Notes under the pieces: generated by a model
Seen by the model: only the letters and a program-made list of their open reading frames with translations
The model's database searches: none
Told to the model about the DNA's origin: nothing
Translations under genes and position numbers: made by a program
Source of the DNA: Felis catus
Lineage: Eukaryota
Direction of reading: 5' to 3'
Assembly: GCF_018350175.1 (NCBI RefSeq)
Contig: NC_058373.1
Coordinates: forward strand, 111,168,001 to 111,232,000
Length of the DNA: 64,000 nt
Shown here: in pieces, positions 13,986-24,944 of the stretch
Layout: every line of letters starts with the position of its first letter
Position numbering within the stretch: position 1 is the first letter of the stretch

Positions 13986-14414
13986 GCATGAAAAGTTACC
14001 AAGCGTATAAATGATGCCCGCTCTGTGTTGTGAGTTGCATGAGAAGAAGAAGGCAAGCACTGTTCAAACTCTTCTTGTAAATTCTTTATAAAGAAATAGA
14101 ACACATTACTCCCAACATTCCTACTGTTTTAAATAACAGATGTACCATATAAGTATTAGGGTTACTATTTTTTTAGAATTACTGTTTTAAAAAAAATTCC
14201 TCTGTATTTAAAACTGATAGTAAGAGAGCCTTTCGTGTTTTGGCAACAAAAAAATTTTAAAGGTCGGAGAACAATTATAATTTTTCCCACTGACTACTGA
14301 GGTCACTTGGAATGGTGGCAGCTTACGTGGCCATTTTTGGGGAGGAGGATTTCCTGTACTTCCTCATGGAAAAGTGCGTAACAGACCAACTTTTGTGGTT
14401 GCCGTTCCTGTTAT

Positions 14415-14905
14415 TTTAAATTGGGCTAGAATACACATGACATAAAATTTACCATTTTAATCATTTTATGTGTACAATTTAATGACACTAACTACATTGA
14501 CAGTGTGGTGCAAACATCACCACTATCCATCTCCAGAACTTTTTTTTATCAGACCAAACAAACTCTCTACTCCATAAGCAATAGTTCCTCATTTCCCTCT
14601 ACCCCTCCTCCCTGCACCTGGTAAGCACCCTTCTACTCTCTGTTTCTATGGATTTGCCTATTCCAGGGACTTTCTACAAAGTGGAATTCATGCAATACTT
14701 CCTTTTGTGTCTGGCGTATTTCACTGAGCATGATGTCTTCAAGATTCATCCATGCTGCAGCCCGTGTCGGCATTTCATTCCTTTTTATGGCCCAGTAATA
14801 TTCCCTTGTACATATATGCCACGTTTTGTTTCTCCCCTTGCCTGTTGAGGAACACTAGAGTTGCCTCTACGTCTCCAGCAGTTGTGAATAATGCTGCTGT
14901 GAATG
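14415..14905 (-). mobile_element. L1MB-like 3' fragment
   Basis: cataaaatttaccatttt...ctatggatttgcctattc...tgtgaataatgctgctgtgaa. Confidence 0.85.
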
Positions 14906-15453
14906 TGGGTTTCCTTTAAGAGACTTTTAAGAGTAGTTATCTCTGGAAAGTGAGATCAGGGCTCGGAGAGTACTGATGTTCCTCACTTTAGACCATTCTG
15001 TACTATGTGAATTTTTTTAAACTATGAGCACGTGAGTTTTAAAAATAATTACACCAATATTATATAAAGTTAGAGAACTTAAAAAATCCTACCATAAAGG
15101 ATTGGATTAAATGTGTGTGAAGACATCAAGCTTAAAGCTGGTAGATAGAAGGTGCATGATGCTTGCTACTAACATTGGAGTTAGAATCCCCTCCAGGCAA
15201 AGGGCATGGGAGTGCTGTAGGCTGGCAGGAGGATAGGGTTCAAAGGCAGGAAATACGGGGCTGCACTAGAATTTGCTTTGGTGACCCATCTGGAGGCGCT
15301 CCATTTTCCCAAGAAACCCAAGGAATGGGGCTGCTCCAAGACCATCCCAGCTTCCCATCTGCAGCCCATCTGGGCTTGTCTTCCTTCACTGGCAACACCA
15401 GCTCTCAGGCAGCCTGCCATCCTCAAACCCCCTCATCAGAAAGTCCCTGTCCT

Positions 15454-15581
15454 GGGGCGCCTGGGTGGCTTAGGTGGTTGAGTGTCTGACTTCAGCTCAG
15501 GTCATGATCTCATGGTTCATGAGTTTGAACCCCGTGTCGGGCTCTGTACTGACAGCTCAGCGCCTGGAGCCTGCTTCAGAT

Positions 15582-15617
<36 letters not shown>

Positions 15618-15692
15618 CCTCCCCTGCTCACACACTGCCTCGCTCTCTCAAAAATGAATACATGTTAAAAAAAAATTTTCTTAATAAAAAAA
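15454..15692 (+). mobile_element. CanSINE
   Basis: Head, (CT)n, A tail; flanked by tccctgtcctg. Confidence 0.95.
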
Positions 15693-16225
15693 AGAGAATT
15701 CCCTGTCCTGACTCTTATGCCCTTAGGGCCCTGCTGATAATGGCTGTTAGTCATAACAAGTTCCTGTGTGTTCTCTCCCGGCTATAGAGCTGAAACTATA
15801 AATGTCGAAAAAAAATTTTAAGGATAACAATTCTGTAGCAAAACCCCTGGCTCTTCTTTTCCCGTGCCCACGAAAGACAGTGCTAACTGATCACAAACAT
15901 CCTACTGCTAAGCCCAGAAAAGGTCTCAGAACCTTTCTGGAAAAAATTCTACTCTCAATTGTTTGGAGTTGGCGCTTACAGTGAAACCCACTTGTCAGCC
16001 CTGTAACCCGAAGAGTGACCTTTTTGGTCTAAATTTGGGGTGTCAGGACAAGGGTGTGGAGGGGAGATTTGGGGAGCAGTCCTTGCAGCACCTCAGAACT
16101 CATGCCACAGAGCTCGGGGCTCCTTTTTTGCCGCATCCCAACTGTAGAGCTCGAGACACTGCAATCCTCTCCCAGTTGGGAGATGTGAAGGTCGCCTTGT
16201 GAACACTGAGCTCAAAGGCAGGGCT

Positions 16226-16320
16226 TCAAGGGGCCAGGGCTGGGCCCACCTCCAGATCCCACAGTTCAGCCCCGAGGCATGAAATGTGTTGTGGCATTTT
16301 CATGACTTCTGTGCATATTT
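16226..16320 (-). pseudogene. KIF24-like terminal exon remnant
   Basis: KYAQK, then a frameshift, then EVMKMPQHISCLGAELWDLEVGPALAP-stop, versus recalled KIF24 DFVTQLDEIMVLKSKCIQSLRSQL. Lies in the expected order downstream of segment 1. Confidence 0.55.
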
Positions 16321-16794
16321 CGGGGAGGAGCAGGAAGGCTTATAGCCCCAGGTACAGCCATGAGCAGGCCCGGGGGGGGGGGGGGGGGGGGGGGGGGGAC
16401 CGGCCATGTTGTGTTCATGCTTTCCCCACGCTTTTAGTAAGGTTCCCCAGTCCTTGCATATCCCATCTGGGAGGAAAGCAGAGAAAATTTACCATGAGGA
16501 AAAAAAGAAAGAACGAAGAAATAGGGAAATCACATTGTCTGCTTTTGTCACAATGGAGCATGTTGGCCGTGGGTCTGGCTACACACTTCCTAGATCAAGA
16601 AGTGTCCACTGAACCCTGTAAATGGAACCATTAGTACACCACCATTAGCAGTTTTTGAATTCGTTTTTCTAGATCTGGTTGTTTTAGGGCTGGACACGCG
16701 TCTTTCATAAAGGCTGGCCGTGGGAAGTGAGGCTCTGTTAAGGCAGATGCTTAGCCACCGCTAATGACAACGGCAATAAATTAAAAGGGGAGTA

Positions 16795-17015
16795 ATTATC
16801 GAGGCTTTACTGTGTGGCAGGCAAGGTGCTAAGGGTTTTATAAACGTTTCTTCACTTAATCCTTACAACAACGTTCAGAGGTAGGAACTACTGTCATCAT
16901 TTTACCGATGAGGAAATGGAGGTTTATAGAAGGTAAGACATTTATCTAAGGTGACTCCTAGGGGAAGATACAGAGCACAGATCTGAATCTACATATTACA
17001 GACTCTGGATTCCTC
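16795..17015 (-). mobile_element. MIR
   Basis: cttaatccttacaacaac...ttttaccgatgaggaaatggagg. Confidence 0.8.
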
Positions 17016-17057
17016 AGCCACTAGGCCACCTGAAAAATGACTTTCTCCTGTAAAGCT

Positions 17058-17291
17058 TTTTTTTTTTTTTATTAAAAACAAATTTTTTTAACGGTTATTT
17101 ATTTTGGGGACAGAGAGAGACAGAGCATGAACGGGGGAGGGTCAGAGAGAGAGGGAGACACAGAGTCCAAAGCAGGCTCCAGGCTCTGAGCTGTCAGCAC
17201 AGAGCCTGACGCGGGGCTCGAGCTCACGGACCGCGAGATCATGACCTGAGCCAAAGTCGGATGCTTAACCGACTGAGCCACCCAGGCGCCC
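17058..17291 (-). mobile_element. CanSINE
   Basis: TSD tcctgtaaagctttt. Confidence 0.95.
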
Positions 17292-17559
17292 CTCCTGTAA
17301 AGCTTTTAATGATAACTCTGTGAACATGATGGGCAGCTCTCTGGTGGCTTATGCTGGAAAGTATTCCACTCCACTAACACTGGGCATTGCCTTTGAGAGT
17401 CCCTTTCCTTCCCCCTCCATTCTTCCTCCTCTTTCCCTCCTTTCCCTCCCCTATCTCTACCTGTCTCCAGCTTAGACCCCCTAGTCCATCCCTTTCCCCC
17501 AAACGTGTGCTGACCCATGTGAATGGGGACCCTCACTCTGCTCAGCTGGCTGGGCAAAC

Positions 17560-17685
17560 CTTGCAGAGTGTGGGCCTCCTGGTGCTTGCCAACAGCTTTA
17601 TGTCCTCCAGGTGCTTCTGATGGACCTTGAGGAGCAAGGACGCTGCCTCTTCCTGCTCCATCAGCAGCCTGGCAATGTCCACCAC
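17560..17685 (-). pseudogene. KIF24-like C-terminal tail segment 1
   Basis: Reads VVDIARLLMEQEEAASLLLKVHQKHLEDIKLLAS; 35 of 42 codons end in G/C. Aligns gap-free to recalled KIF24 EQAQQVVIRAHQEQLDEMAEL. Confidence 0.7.
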
Positions 17686-17738
17686 AGTGCCCGGGTGCCT
17701 ACTGGGCTTGAAGCTTTCAGCCTGGGGCTCTGGTGGCA

Positions 17739-18836
17739 TCAGGGAAAAGGGGCCAAAGAGGTAGGCGAGGCCCCTTCCCAGCAGCAGGTGAGCAGGCCTG
17801 GAAGAAGTGGTGGTCTTACTCTGTGATCCCTGGGTCTAGGAAGTGTTTGTGGCGGGGGCAGCAGGTGACTTCCTCCTTGGAGTGGGTGACTGAATGAGCA
17901 GCAGCCAACAGCCTGGGAGGCCAGAGGAAGAGAAGGGTCCGATTTCACTTTCCATGTCTCCACACGCTCTCCAATGTCTCCCAGCTGAAAGCAGTTGGCC
18001 GTGGCCTCCCAGGCCAGCCCCTGCAAGTAATTGGAGCTTTTTGGCTTGTGGTGCCTTTCACTTTCCCAATCAGAAGCTGCTTCCCTTGTTCTGCAGCTTT
18101 CCTGTTCCGCAGGTCTGTGGGTCCTCTGAAACCTGGGCTGGAGACTGGGGGAACAAGCAGAGGTTTATACCTCATTACTATTCCACGCGTCCAAGGGGCT
18201 CCGAATTTGGCTGATGGGGATCTTTGACAATTGCCTTGTCCTAACTGCTGTGCTGGCCCCCACATGAGGGATGTGATGATGGCTGCTTCCCACAATGATC
18301 CTACTGACCCAACAGAGCTCCTTGGCTCCCAGAACTGGGGGAGGGGCCGGAAGACTGGTTTCCTGAAGGAAGGACTCCAAGAAGTTGGCAGGGTGACATT
18401 GTCTGAGTCACATCTCAAGAGAATTTGGGAGAAGAAGTGCTTTTCTGAAACTTTTCTTGGCGGAAAAGTAGACTGCATTCAATAGGGTGTGGCCGGGTAG
18501 GGGTAGGAGGAAATGGTGGGGAGGCTGTACTCTTCCAGGGGTAGCCTCACTGATAGGTGACATCTGAGCTGTACAAAGAAGAGAATTGGAGATAAGGGAT
18601 GAGCTGGACATCCTGGGTTCTGGTGGTGACCACTGAAAAACAGAATGAAATTATCCCAGTGGTCTCTGTCCTTGGATTGGTTTTCTGTGTCTACATTGAC
18701 TTCTGCCCCTGGAAGAGGAGGGCTGTGTGCATGGTTATGGTGGGGGAGCTGGAGGGATCCTGTCCCATTTTGAAGTAGGTTCTGGAGCCCTGGACTGGAA
18801 TCGGAGAATGCTGCTCTTGGGTGCTGGGACATGAGC
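17739..18836 (-). pseudogene. Candidate large Ser/Pro-rich exon remnant
   Basis: tctttctctgtag acceptor; frame 18835-17945 (about 297 codons) has a single internal stop; an alternative frame carries LSKIPIS. Confidence 0.45.
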
Positions 18837-18907
18837 CTACAGAGAAAGACGATATCACAAGAAGGTGATGTGCTTCGTCAAAAGCCGGAGAGGGCCCAAC
18901 ACCTCAC

Positions 18908-19201
18908 CTAGATGGAAGACTCGATGAGGGGATCCTGGTCAAGAGATGGGAAAAGGCCTCGGCATTAGCCACTTGGAACCCTAGCTTACGCTGAGGGAAG
19001 GGCGGTCCTGGCTGGTGGGCGCTGAGTTTGGAAGGGCCGCTGCAGGACCATGGAAGTTTAGAGAAGAGAGGGCCTCCGAGGGGGGTAGGAGACCAATGAG
19101 AACCATCTCTGCCAAGCCCAGCTGAGTGTCGCTGCTGCAGCTTTCTTGAGTGTGGCCCTGCTTCAGGAGCCCCTGGTCTCTCAGTACCATTCCCTAAGCA
19201 C
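18908..19201 (-). pseudogene. Candidate 294-nt exon, open in phase 2
   Basis: tttgcag acceptor and tag|gtgagg donor; no stop; splices in frame over a 71-nt intron into the frame starting at 18836. Confidence 0.5.
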
Positions 19202-19574
19202 CTGCAAAGCTTTCTTTTACAAACGTCCTCGGAACACACAGCCCCCTCCTCAAGCTCAAGGTAGAGGCACTTGCCTGAGGCCAAAGTTCCAGGGGAGTGA
19301 TGGAGCTGGGATTCAAGCTGAAGTCAGCCTGGGTCCAAAGCCCAGATTTTCTACTGTGGACACTAGTGACCTCCCACACACATGACGGACTCTCAAGGAA
19401 TACGACTGGACTTGTCCTCTGGGTGGGGCTGAACCCTCCTTTAGGAGACAGGAGTCACTGAGACCCTTCTCTTGCGCAGCGAGAAGACCAACGGAATGGG
19501 TGTCCCTCTCTGCCCCTTGCACTTAAGTGCATCTGGAGAGAAGTGGTGAGAAGCTGCTGCACTTGTACGCATTT

Positions 19575-19788
19575 TTTTGAATTTTTTAAAAAAAAATTTC
19601 TTTTAATGTTTATTTATTTTTGAGAGACAAAGTGTGAATGGGGGGACGGGACCCGGTGGGGGGGGGGGTCGCGGAGAGAGAGATACAGAATCCGAAGCAG
19701 GCTCCAGGCTCTGAGCCTGAACTCATGAACTGCAAGATGACCTAAACCACAGTCGGAAGCTTCACCGACTGAGCCACCCAGGTGCCCC
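19575..19788 (-). mobile_element. CanSINE (internally deleted)
   Basis: Reverse SINE ending ccacccaggtgcccc. Confidence 0.9.
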
Positions 19789-20414
19789 TGTTTGTCATAC
19801 GCAGTTAAGGGAAGAGGGCTCACCCTTGGTTTTCATCACCATCTAGCCTGAAACATCTGGAGTGGAAATATTTAGCCACAAGCTCTGCTAGCACCTGGTC
19901 AGAAGTGACTTTTGGGACTCGGCTCCTAGACACCTTCTCCTAACAATGCACTTTAAGTCCCATGAGCATCTATCTGCCCCTGCCCAGGGATTCAGAGACC
20001 TGAGTCTCTAGGTTGGGCTGGAACACTGAAGAAGTGAGGGTGAGGTGGGCTCAGGCAGGAGGCGCCAGCTGCCTGCCACCGTCACTGCAGACGAGAGGAG
20101 ACCCAGACAGTTTCTGACAGCCAAGAAACACCTGTTTTAGGGCAGAAGCGAGAGGTAATCTCGGTAACGTGGATGGAAAGATGACATTTTGTCAGATACC
20201 GAGAGAGCCCAGAGGAGCAAATTTGCATTCTTGTTCTACATGGGTTCCTCTGGTGATTCATGGGCCAGCCACCGAAAGATGTGTGAGGTTTTCAAAAGTA
20301 TTTCCTACAGCAAATGCAGTTCCACGTTGTAAAGGGCCTGAACACAAGCGGTTTAATAATACGGCTGTAGCAGTGGATGCCTTACTAAGCCAAAAGCCTC
20401 CCTCCTTTAACTTA

Positions 20415-20998
20415 AAAAAAATTTTTTTTAACATTTACTTATTTTTGAGAGACAAAGAGAGACAAACCATGTGCAGGGGAGGGACACAGAGAGGGAGACA
20501 CAGAATCCAAAGCAGGGTCCAGGCTCTGAGCTATCAGCACAGATGTTTACTATTTCATCTCAAATCACTTTTATTTAAAAACCATTCTATTTTACCCTAT
20601 TAAAATAACACCAGCATTCTTCACAGGGATAGAACAAACAATCCTAAAGTTTGTATGGAACCACAAAAGACCCTGAATAGCCAAAGCAACCCAGAAAAAG
20701 AAAACCAGTTCTGGACTTCAAGCTATACTACAAAGCTGTAATCATCGAGAGAGTATGGGACTGGGACAAGAACAGATGCTCAGATCAATGGAACAGAATA
20801 GAGAACCCAGAAATGGACCTACAAATGTATGGCCAACTAGTCTTTGACAAATCAGGAGAGACTATCCAATGGAATGAAGACAGTCTCTTCAGCAAGTGGT
20901 GCTGGGAAAACTGGACAGCGACATGCAGAAGAATGAACCTGGACCACTTTCTTACACCATGCACAAAGATAGACTCAACTGAGCCAGCCAGGCACCCC
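20415..20998 (-). mobile_element. CanSINE whose middle is replaced by an inverted copy of 12689-13122
   Basis: SINE parts at 20415-20543 and 20979-20998 flank an L1 ORF2 piece plus unique flank (20544-20978). Confidence 0.9.
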
Positions 20999-21471
20999 CT
21001 GTCTTTTAACTTTTAAAAATTTATTTTGTAAAGGAGGCCAGGCAAACAAGGTGATCCATAAGTGCGTATGATCTTTCCAAATTGGTTTGCAGAGTACAAA
21101 GTTTGAAGGTCTCTATCGGGAAGAACAGGTTCTATTTCTAAGATCTCCTTATTTGGGGAGCTAACAGGCCCCTCTGCCTTGTTTCTAGTGAGAGACTAAG
21201 TCTGCCTTCTTTCCTATGGCCAGGATGGAGAGAGACACTGTAGCAGGTCTGAGGGTAGGTTAGAGAGGAGGACACTGCCCTGAGCCATAAGTGCGCCCAC
21301 CCTCTCTGGTAACCAAGGCATAGCTATACAGATAGGAAAAGGAGACCTGGGGAAAATACCAAATGTGCATAGTGGTGAACTCTGAGTGATTCTTACTTAT
21401 TTTTTTTATTCAAATGTATTTTTCAAGCCGTCCACAAAGAATTCATGTTCTTTTTAAAAGGAGAAAAAACA

Positions 21472-21700
21472 GGGGCGCCTGGGTGGCGCAGTCGGTTAAG
21501 CGTCTGACTTCAGCCAGGTCACGATCTCGCAGTCCGTGAGTTCGAGCCCCACGTCGGGCTCTGGGCTGATGGCTCGGAGCCTGGAGCCTGTTTCCGATTC
21601 TGTGTCTCCCTCTCTCTCTGCCCCTCTCCCGTTCATGCTCTGTCTCTCTCTGTCCCAAAAATAAATAAACGTTGAAAAAAAAAATTAAAAAAAAATAAAT
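21472..21700 (+). mobile_element. Young SINEC_Fc-type SINE
   Basis: TSD aaaaggagaaaaaacag. Confidence 0.95.
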
Positions 21701-22150
21701 AAAAGGAGAAAAAACAGAGTAAATACCTCTTTGCAGCAGGAAAATAACCATTTATCTAACATTCTGATTTATGAAGTCTTTTTCGCACACATTTTAATTT
21801 CGTTCTCTCAACAGCACTGATGACTATTTCTGTTTAGGCTTTAGAACACAAGCCTCAAGAGGTTTAGAAACATTCTCAAGGGCATACAACTCCAAGTGGC
21901 TGAGTCAGAATGGAAGCCAGTCTTCTTCCTTTGGTTTTATTGTCTGCTCAGATACTAGGGTCTTGGAATGGGCGGACTGAGGCTGCAGGCAGAAATTGAG
22001 GGCAGATTGGGGGAGAAAGGAAGGGGAACAGCTAATCTCATGGGAGGTGGAGGTTTGGGGCTGGTGTTCAGATAGCTGGGGTCATGAGATTTTGGGGTTT
22101 ATGTGGTGGGCTCCAGGATTATTTCTGGGATGAGTAGAAAGCATGCCTTA

Positions 22151-22366
22151 AGGGGTGCCTGGGTGGTTCAATCGGTTAAGCGTCCAACTCTTTTCGGCTC
22201 GGGTCATGATCTCAAGGTTTGTGAGTTCAAGTCCCGCACTGGGCTCTGTGCTGACAGTGTGGAGCCTGCTTGAGATTCTCTCTCTCTGCCACTCCCCCCT
22301 CAAAAACAAACAAACATTAAAAAGAAGAAGGAGGAGGAGGAGGAGAAGGAGGAGAAGGAGGAGGAG
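22151..22366 (+). mobile_element. CanSINE with (AGG/AGA)n expansion in tail
   Basis: TSD agaaagca(t/c)gcc encloses both SINE and triplet repeat. Confidence 0.9.
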
Positions 22367-22547
22367 AAGAAAGCACGCCCTCAGCAGCTGGGTCCTCTGG
22401 GGCTCCTGGCAGCTAGATGGGCTTACCTCTCTAGCTGGGGACATTTGAGAGCTGCTCCCTGAGGCCATGCGTGGACCCACGCATTCCTCCTCCTTTCCTG
22501 GGCCCAAGACAGGCCTTCTTCCTTGGGCTTTATATAAAGCGAGTGGC

Positions 22548-22765
22548 AGGGGCGCCTGGGTGCCTCAGTCAGTTAAGCATCCGACTTGGGCTCAGTTGAT
22601 GATCTCACGGTCTGTGGGTTCGAGCCCCCCGTCAGGCTCTGTGCTGACAACCCAGAGCCTGGAGCCTGCTTCAGATTCTGTATCTCCCTCTCTCTCTCTG
22701 ACCCTCCCTGCTCGCGTGCTCTCTCTCTCTCTCAAAAATAAAAGTAAACGTTAAAACAATAATAA
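22548..22765 (+). mobile_element. CanSINE
   Basis: TSD taaag(c/t)gagtggc. Confidence 0.95.
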
Positions 22766-23014
22766 TAAAGTGAGTGGCTTGTGGTCCAGGGTAGGCCACC
22801 CTCCTCACACCAGAAAATCCAGGGCTCGGCCAGGAGCCAGGAGGTGCCCTCTGCTGGGGTGGGAGCTTCTGGGCTGAGGCGGATCCAGTCTCTGGGGAGG
22901 GAATTTGGAGGCGAAGACAGGAAGGTGATGTCAGAAGGATGTTCTCTTTCAGGGCTGGTCATGATACTCAGGGCAGTCCCTCTTTCTTTGGTTGATTAGA
23001 AATGAGAAAGCCCG

Positions 23015-23841
23015 AGTCTCTGCGAGAACTGGGTTGAGTGATAGACAAGAAATTTGGGACATGATGCAAAACCTAAATGTAGTAATTGGTCCCCCAATTA
23101 CTAACAGGGAAATGGATCTAGACTACCCTTAGAACCATTTTGTGGAAGAGCTATTGCTGTTTGGTATTTTCCAGTTAGTCAGAACTATACCTCTTTTCCT
23201 TTGTAAATGTTTTCACTCTGCTTAAAATATACCTCCTCTTTGGTTTTGTGTGTTAATTTTGTATCCACTCAATACAAATTATGCTTGCTCCGTGATGTTT
23301 TCCTTATAGCCATCCTCCGCCCGGGTCTTTCTTATCTAAATGTCTGCACTCTGTAATCAAGTTCTTAAGCAAATGATTTTCAGTTTTCAGAAAAGTTGCA
23401 AAGACATTACAGAGAATGCCTGCATGCCTCTCACTCAGTGTCCTTGAAGATTAACTCTTAAATAACGGTGGCACATTTGTCCAAACTAAGAAATTAACAA
23501 AGGTAGAATACTATTGACTAAATTACAGACTTGATTCAGAGTCCACTGGGTTTTCCACTGACATCCTTTTCTGTCTCAGGATCCAATCCAGGATACTACA
23601 TTGCATTTAGTAACCACACTTTTTAAATCTTATGTTGTCAGTTGTGACTCATGGATCACTTTTTATCTTGCATTTGAATAATCTGTAGACATTTATCCAT
23701 CTACCAGACTACTGTTACCTCGAAGGTAGGAGTCCTGACAGGTCTGATTCATTTTGTTACCCTGAAGTGACTTGAACTGATTATATACTTAATAAATATT
23801 TTAAAGTTGTTATATATAAAATAAGTTATAGAGAAAAAAAA
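23015..23841 (+). mobile_element. Orphan retroposed segment (3' UTR retrocopy or L1 transduction)
   Basis: TSD agaaatgagaa(a/g)gcc at 22998 and 23842, AATAAA at 23791, terminal A run; contains old L1M and L2-like scraps. Confidence 0.7.
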
Positions 23842-24088
23842 AGAAATGAGAAGGCCTGGAAAGAGGGAGGGATGGAATGGAAGGAGAAATGGACTTCTGG
23901 CTGGAGCCACCTGTAGATGTTGAGGGGACCTTGGCTGGCACCCCTCATTCTCTGTTTGGGGCCAGCCTTGCTAGGGGGGGAAGGCTGATCTGTCCCTGCT
24001 CATTGATGTGCACCAGCTGGAAGAATTCTGGAGTCTAGTTGGTTGGGAAGGAAGATGAGAGGGTGTATTTTCTCTAGACATAAAAGAA

Positions 24089-24275
24089 GTGGTATGTTGG
24101 AGCCAGCTCCTACCAGTTCGTGCAAGGCCAGTTGTTAAATTTTCAAGAACCTTGTGAATCATCATGTTGGTAGCTTGAAATTGGTCATAGTGGGAGTATT
24201 TACACCATGGAAATTGGCAAACACTACAGACCATGGCTTCCCTGTGTCAGAGAGCTGGTTGTTAAACATTTACAC
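24089..24275 (+). mobile_element. MER63A-like hAT MITE
   Basis: agtggtatgttggagccagctc...ttggtagcttgaaattgg...gttgttaaacattta. Confidence 0.85.
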
Positions 24276-24674
24276 ACATGCCCATGAACGGGAGTACCAT
24301 GACCTCATGATTTGGGGTATCCTGTGCTCTTTTGAAGGAGATGATGACAACGGCACCTGGCTTTGGTCTCCTTTCCGTGATGTCATGATGGGAAGTGGGG
24401 TCACCCTTGCCTGTGGTTTCTCTGCTTTTCTTTTCCTATATTTAAGTCACAGAGGCTCGTATCTAACTAAGCCTTATATCAGCTTATATCTTCTTATATC
24501 TAAATCCAGGCTTGGCTGGAAAAGGACCTTCCCTGTCCTCCATTCCTATAGTCTAGACCATGTGACAGCTAGTGCAATGCCCAGGACAAAGTAAGGTGCT
24601 CCAGAAATAGTTGTTCAAGGGGTCAGAGCGGTCAATGTCACCTGCAGTTAGAATTGCATAGTTTTCATGACTCT

Positions 24675-24693
24675 TGTCAGCAGGGGGCGCTGC
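24675..24693 (+). promoter_or_regulatory. CTCF motif
   Basis: tgtcagcagggggcgctgc closely matches the CCASYAGRKGGCRS core and retains its CpG. Confidence 0.65.
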
Positions 24694-24944
24694 AGGACTA
24701 ATGATGTGTCTTGAGCCCCAATTTCCTTCTACGCTCTCTTTCAAAGAATCAAAATCCGTGAATTTGAATGAATTAAAAAATTAAATTTGTGATTTTTAGA
24801 CAAAGCACCAATTTGAGGGAAAAACTGTAGTGTTCAAGCGATCACAGTGAACATTGCTGGGCCACTTTACAATTTACAAAAAGCACTTGGCCGACATCAC
24901 CTTGTGTAATTCTCAAGAGGATCCTGCCAGGCAGGTGGAAGACA

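Noticed and set aside
16372..16398. Long poly-G runs (also 31680-31701, 58553-58587) as G-quadruplex elements
   Set aside because: Homopolymer lengths are unreliable in assemblies; no other support.
22148..22507. Poly-Arg / poly-Leu ORFs
   Set aside because: Produced by the (AGG)n expansion in a SINE tail.
24640..24744. LKESVEGN..IISP resembling kinesin LKDSFIGN..NISP
   Set aside because: Competes with the 40838/40681 matches for the same motif; at least one is chance, which shows the false-match rate of by-eye searching.
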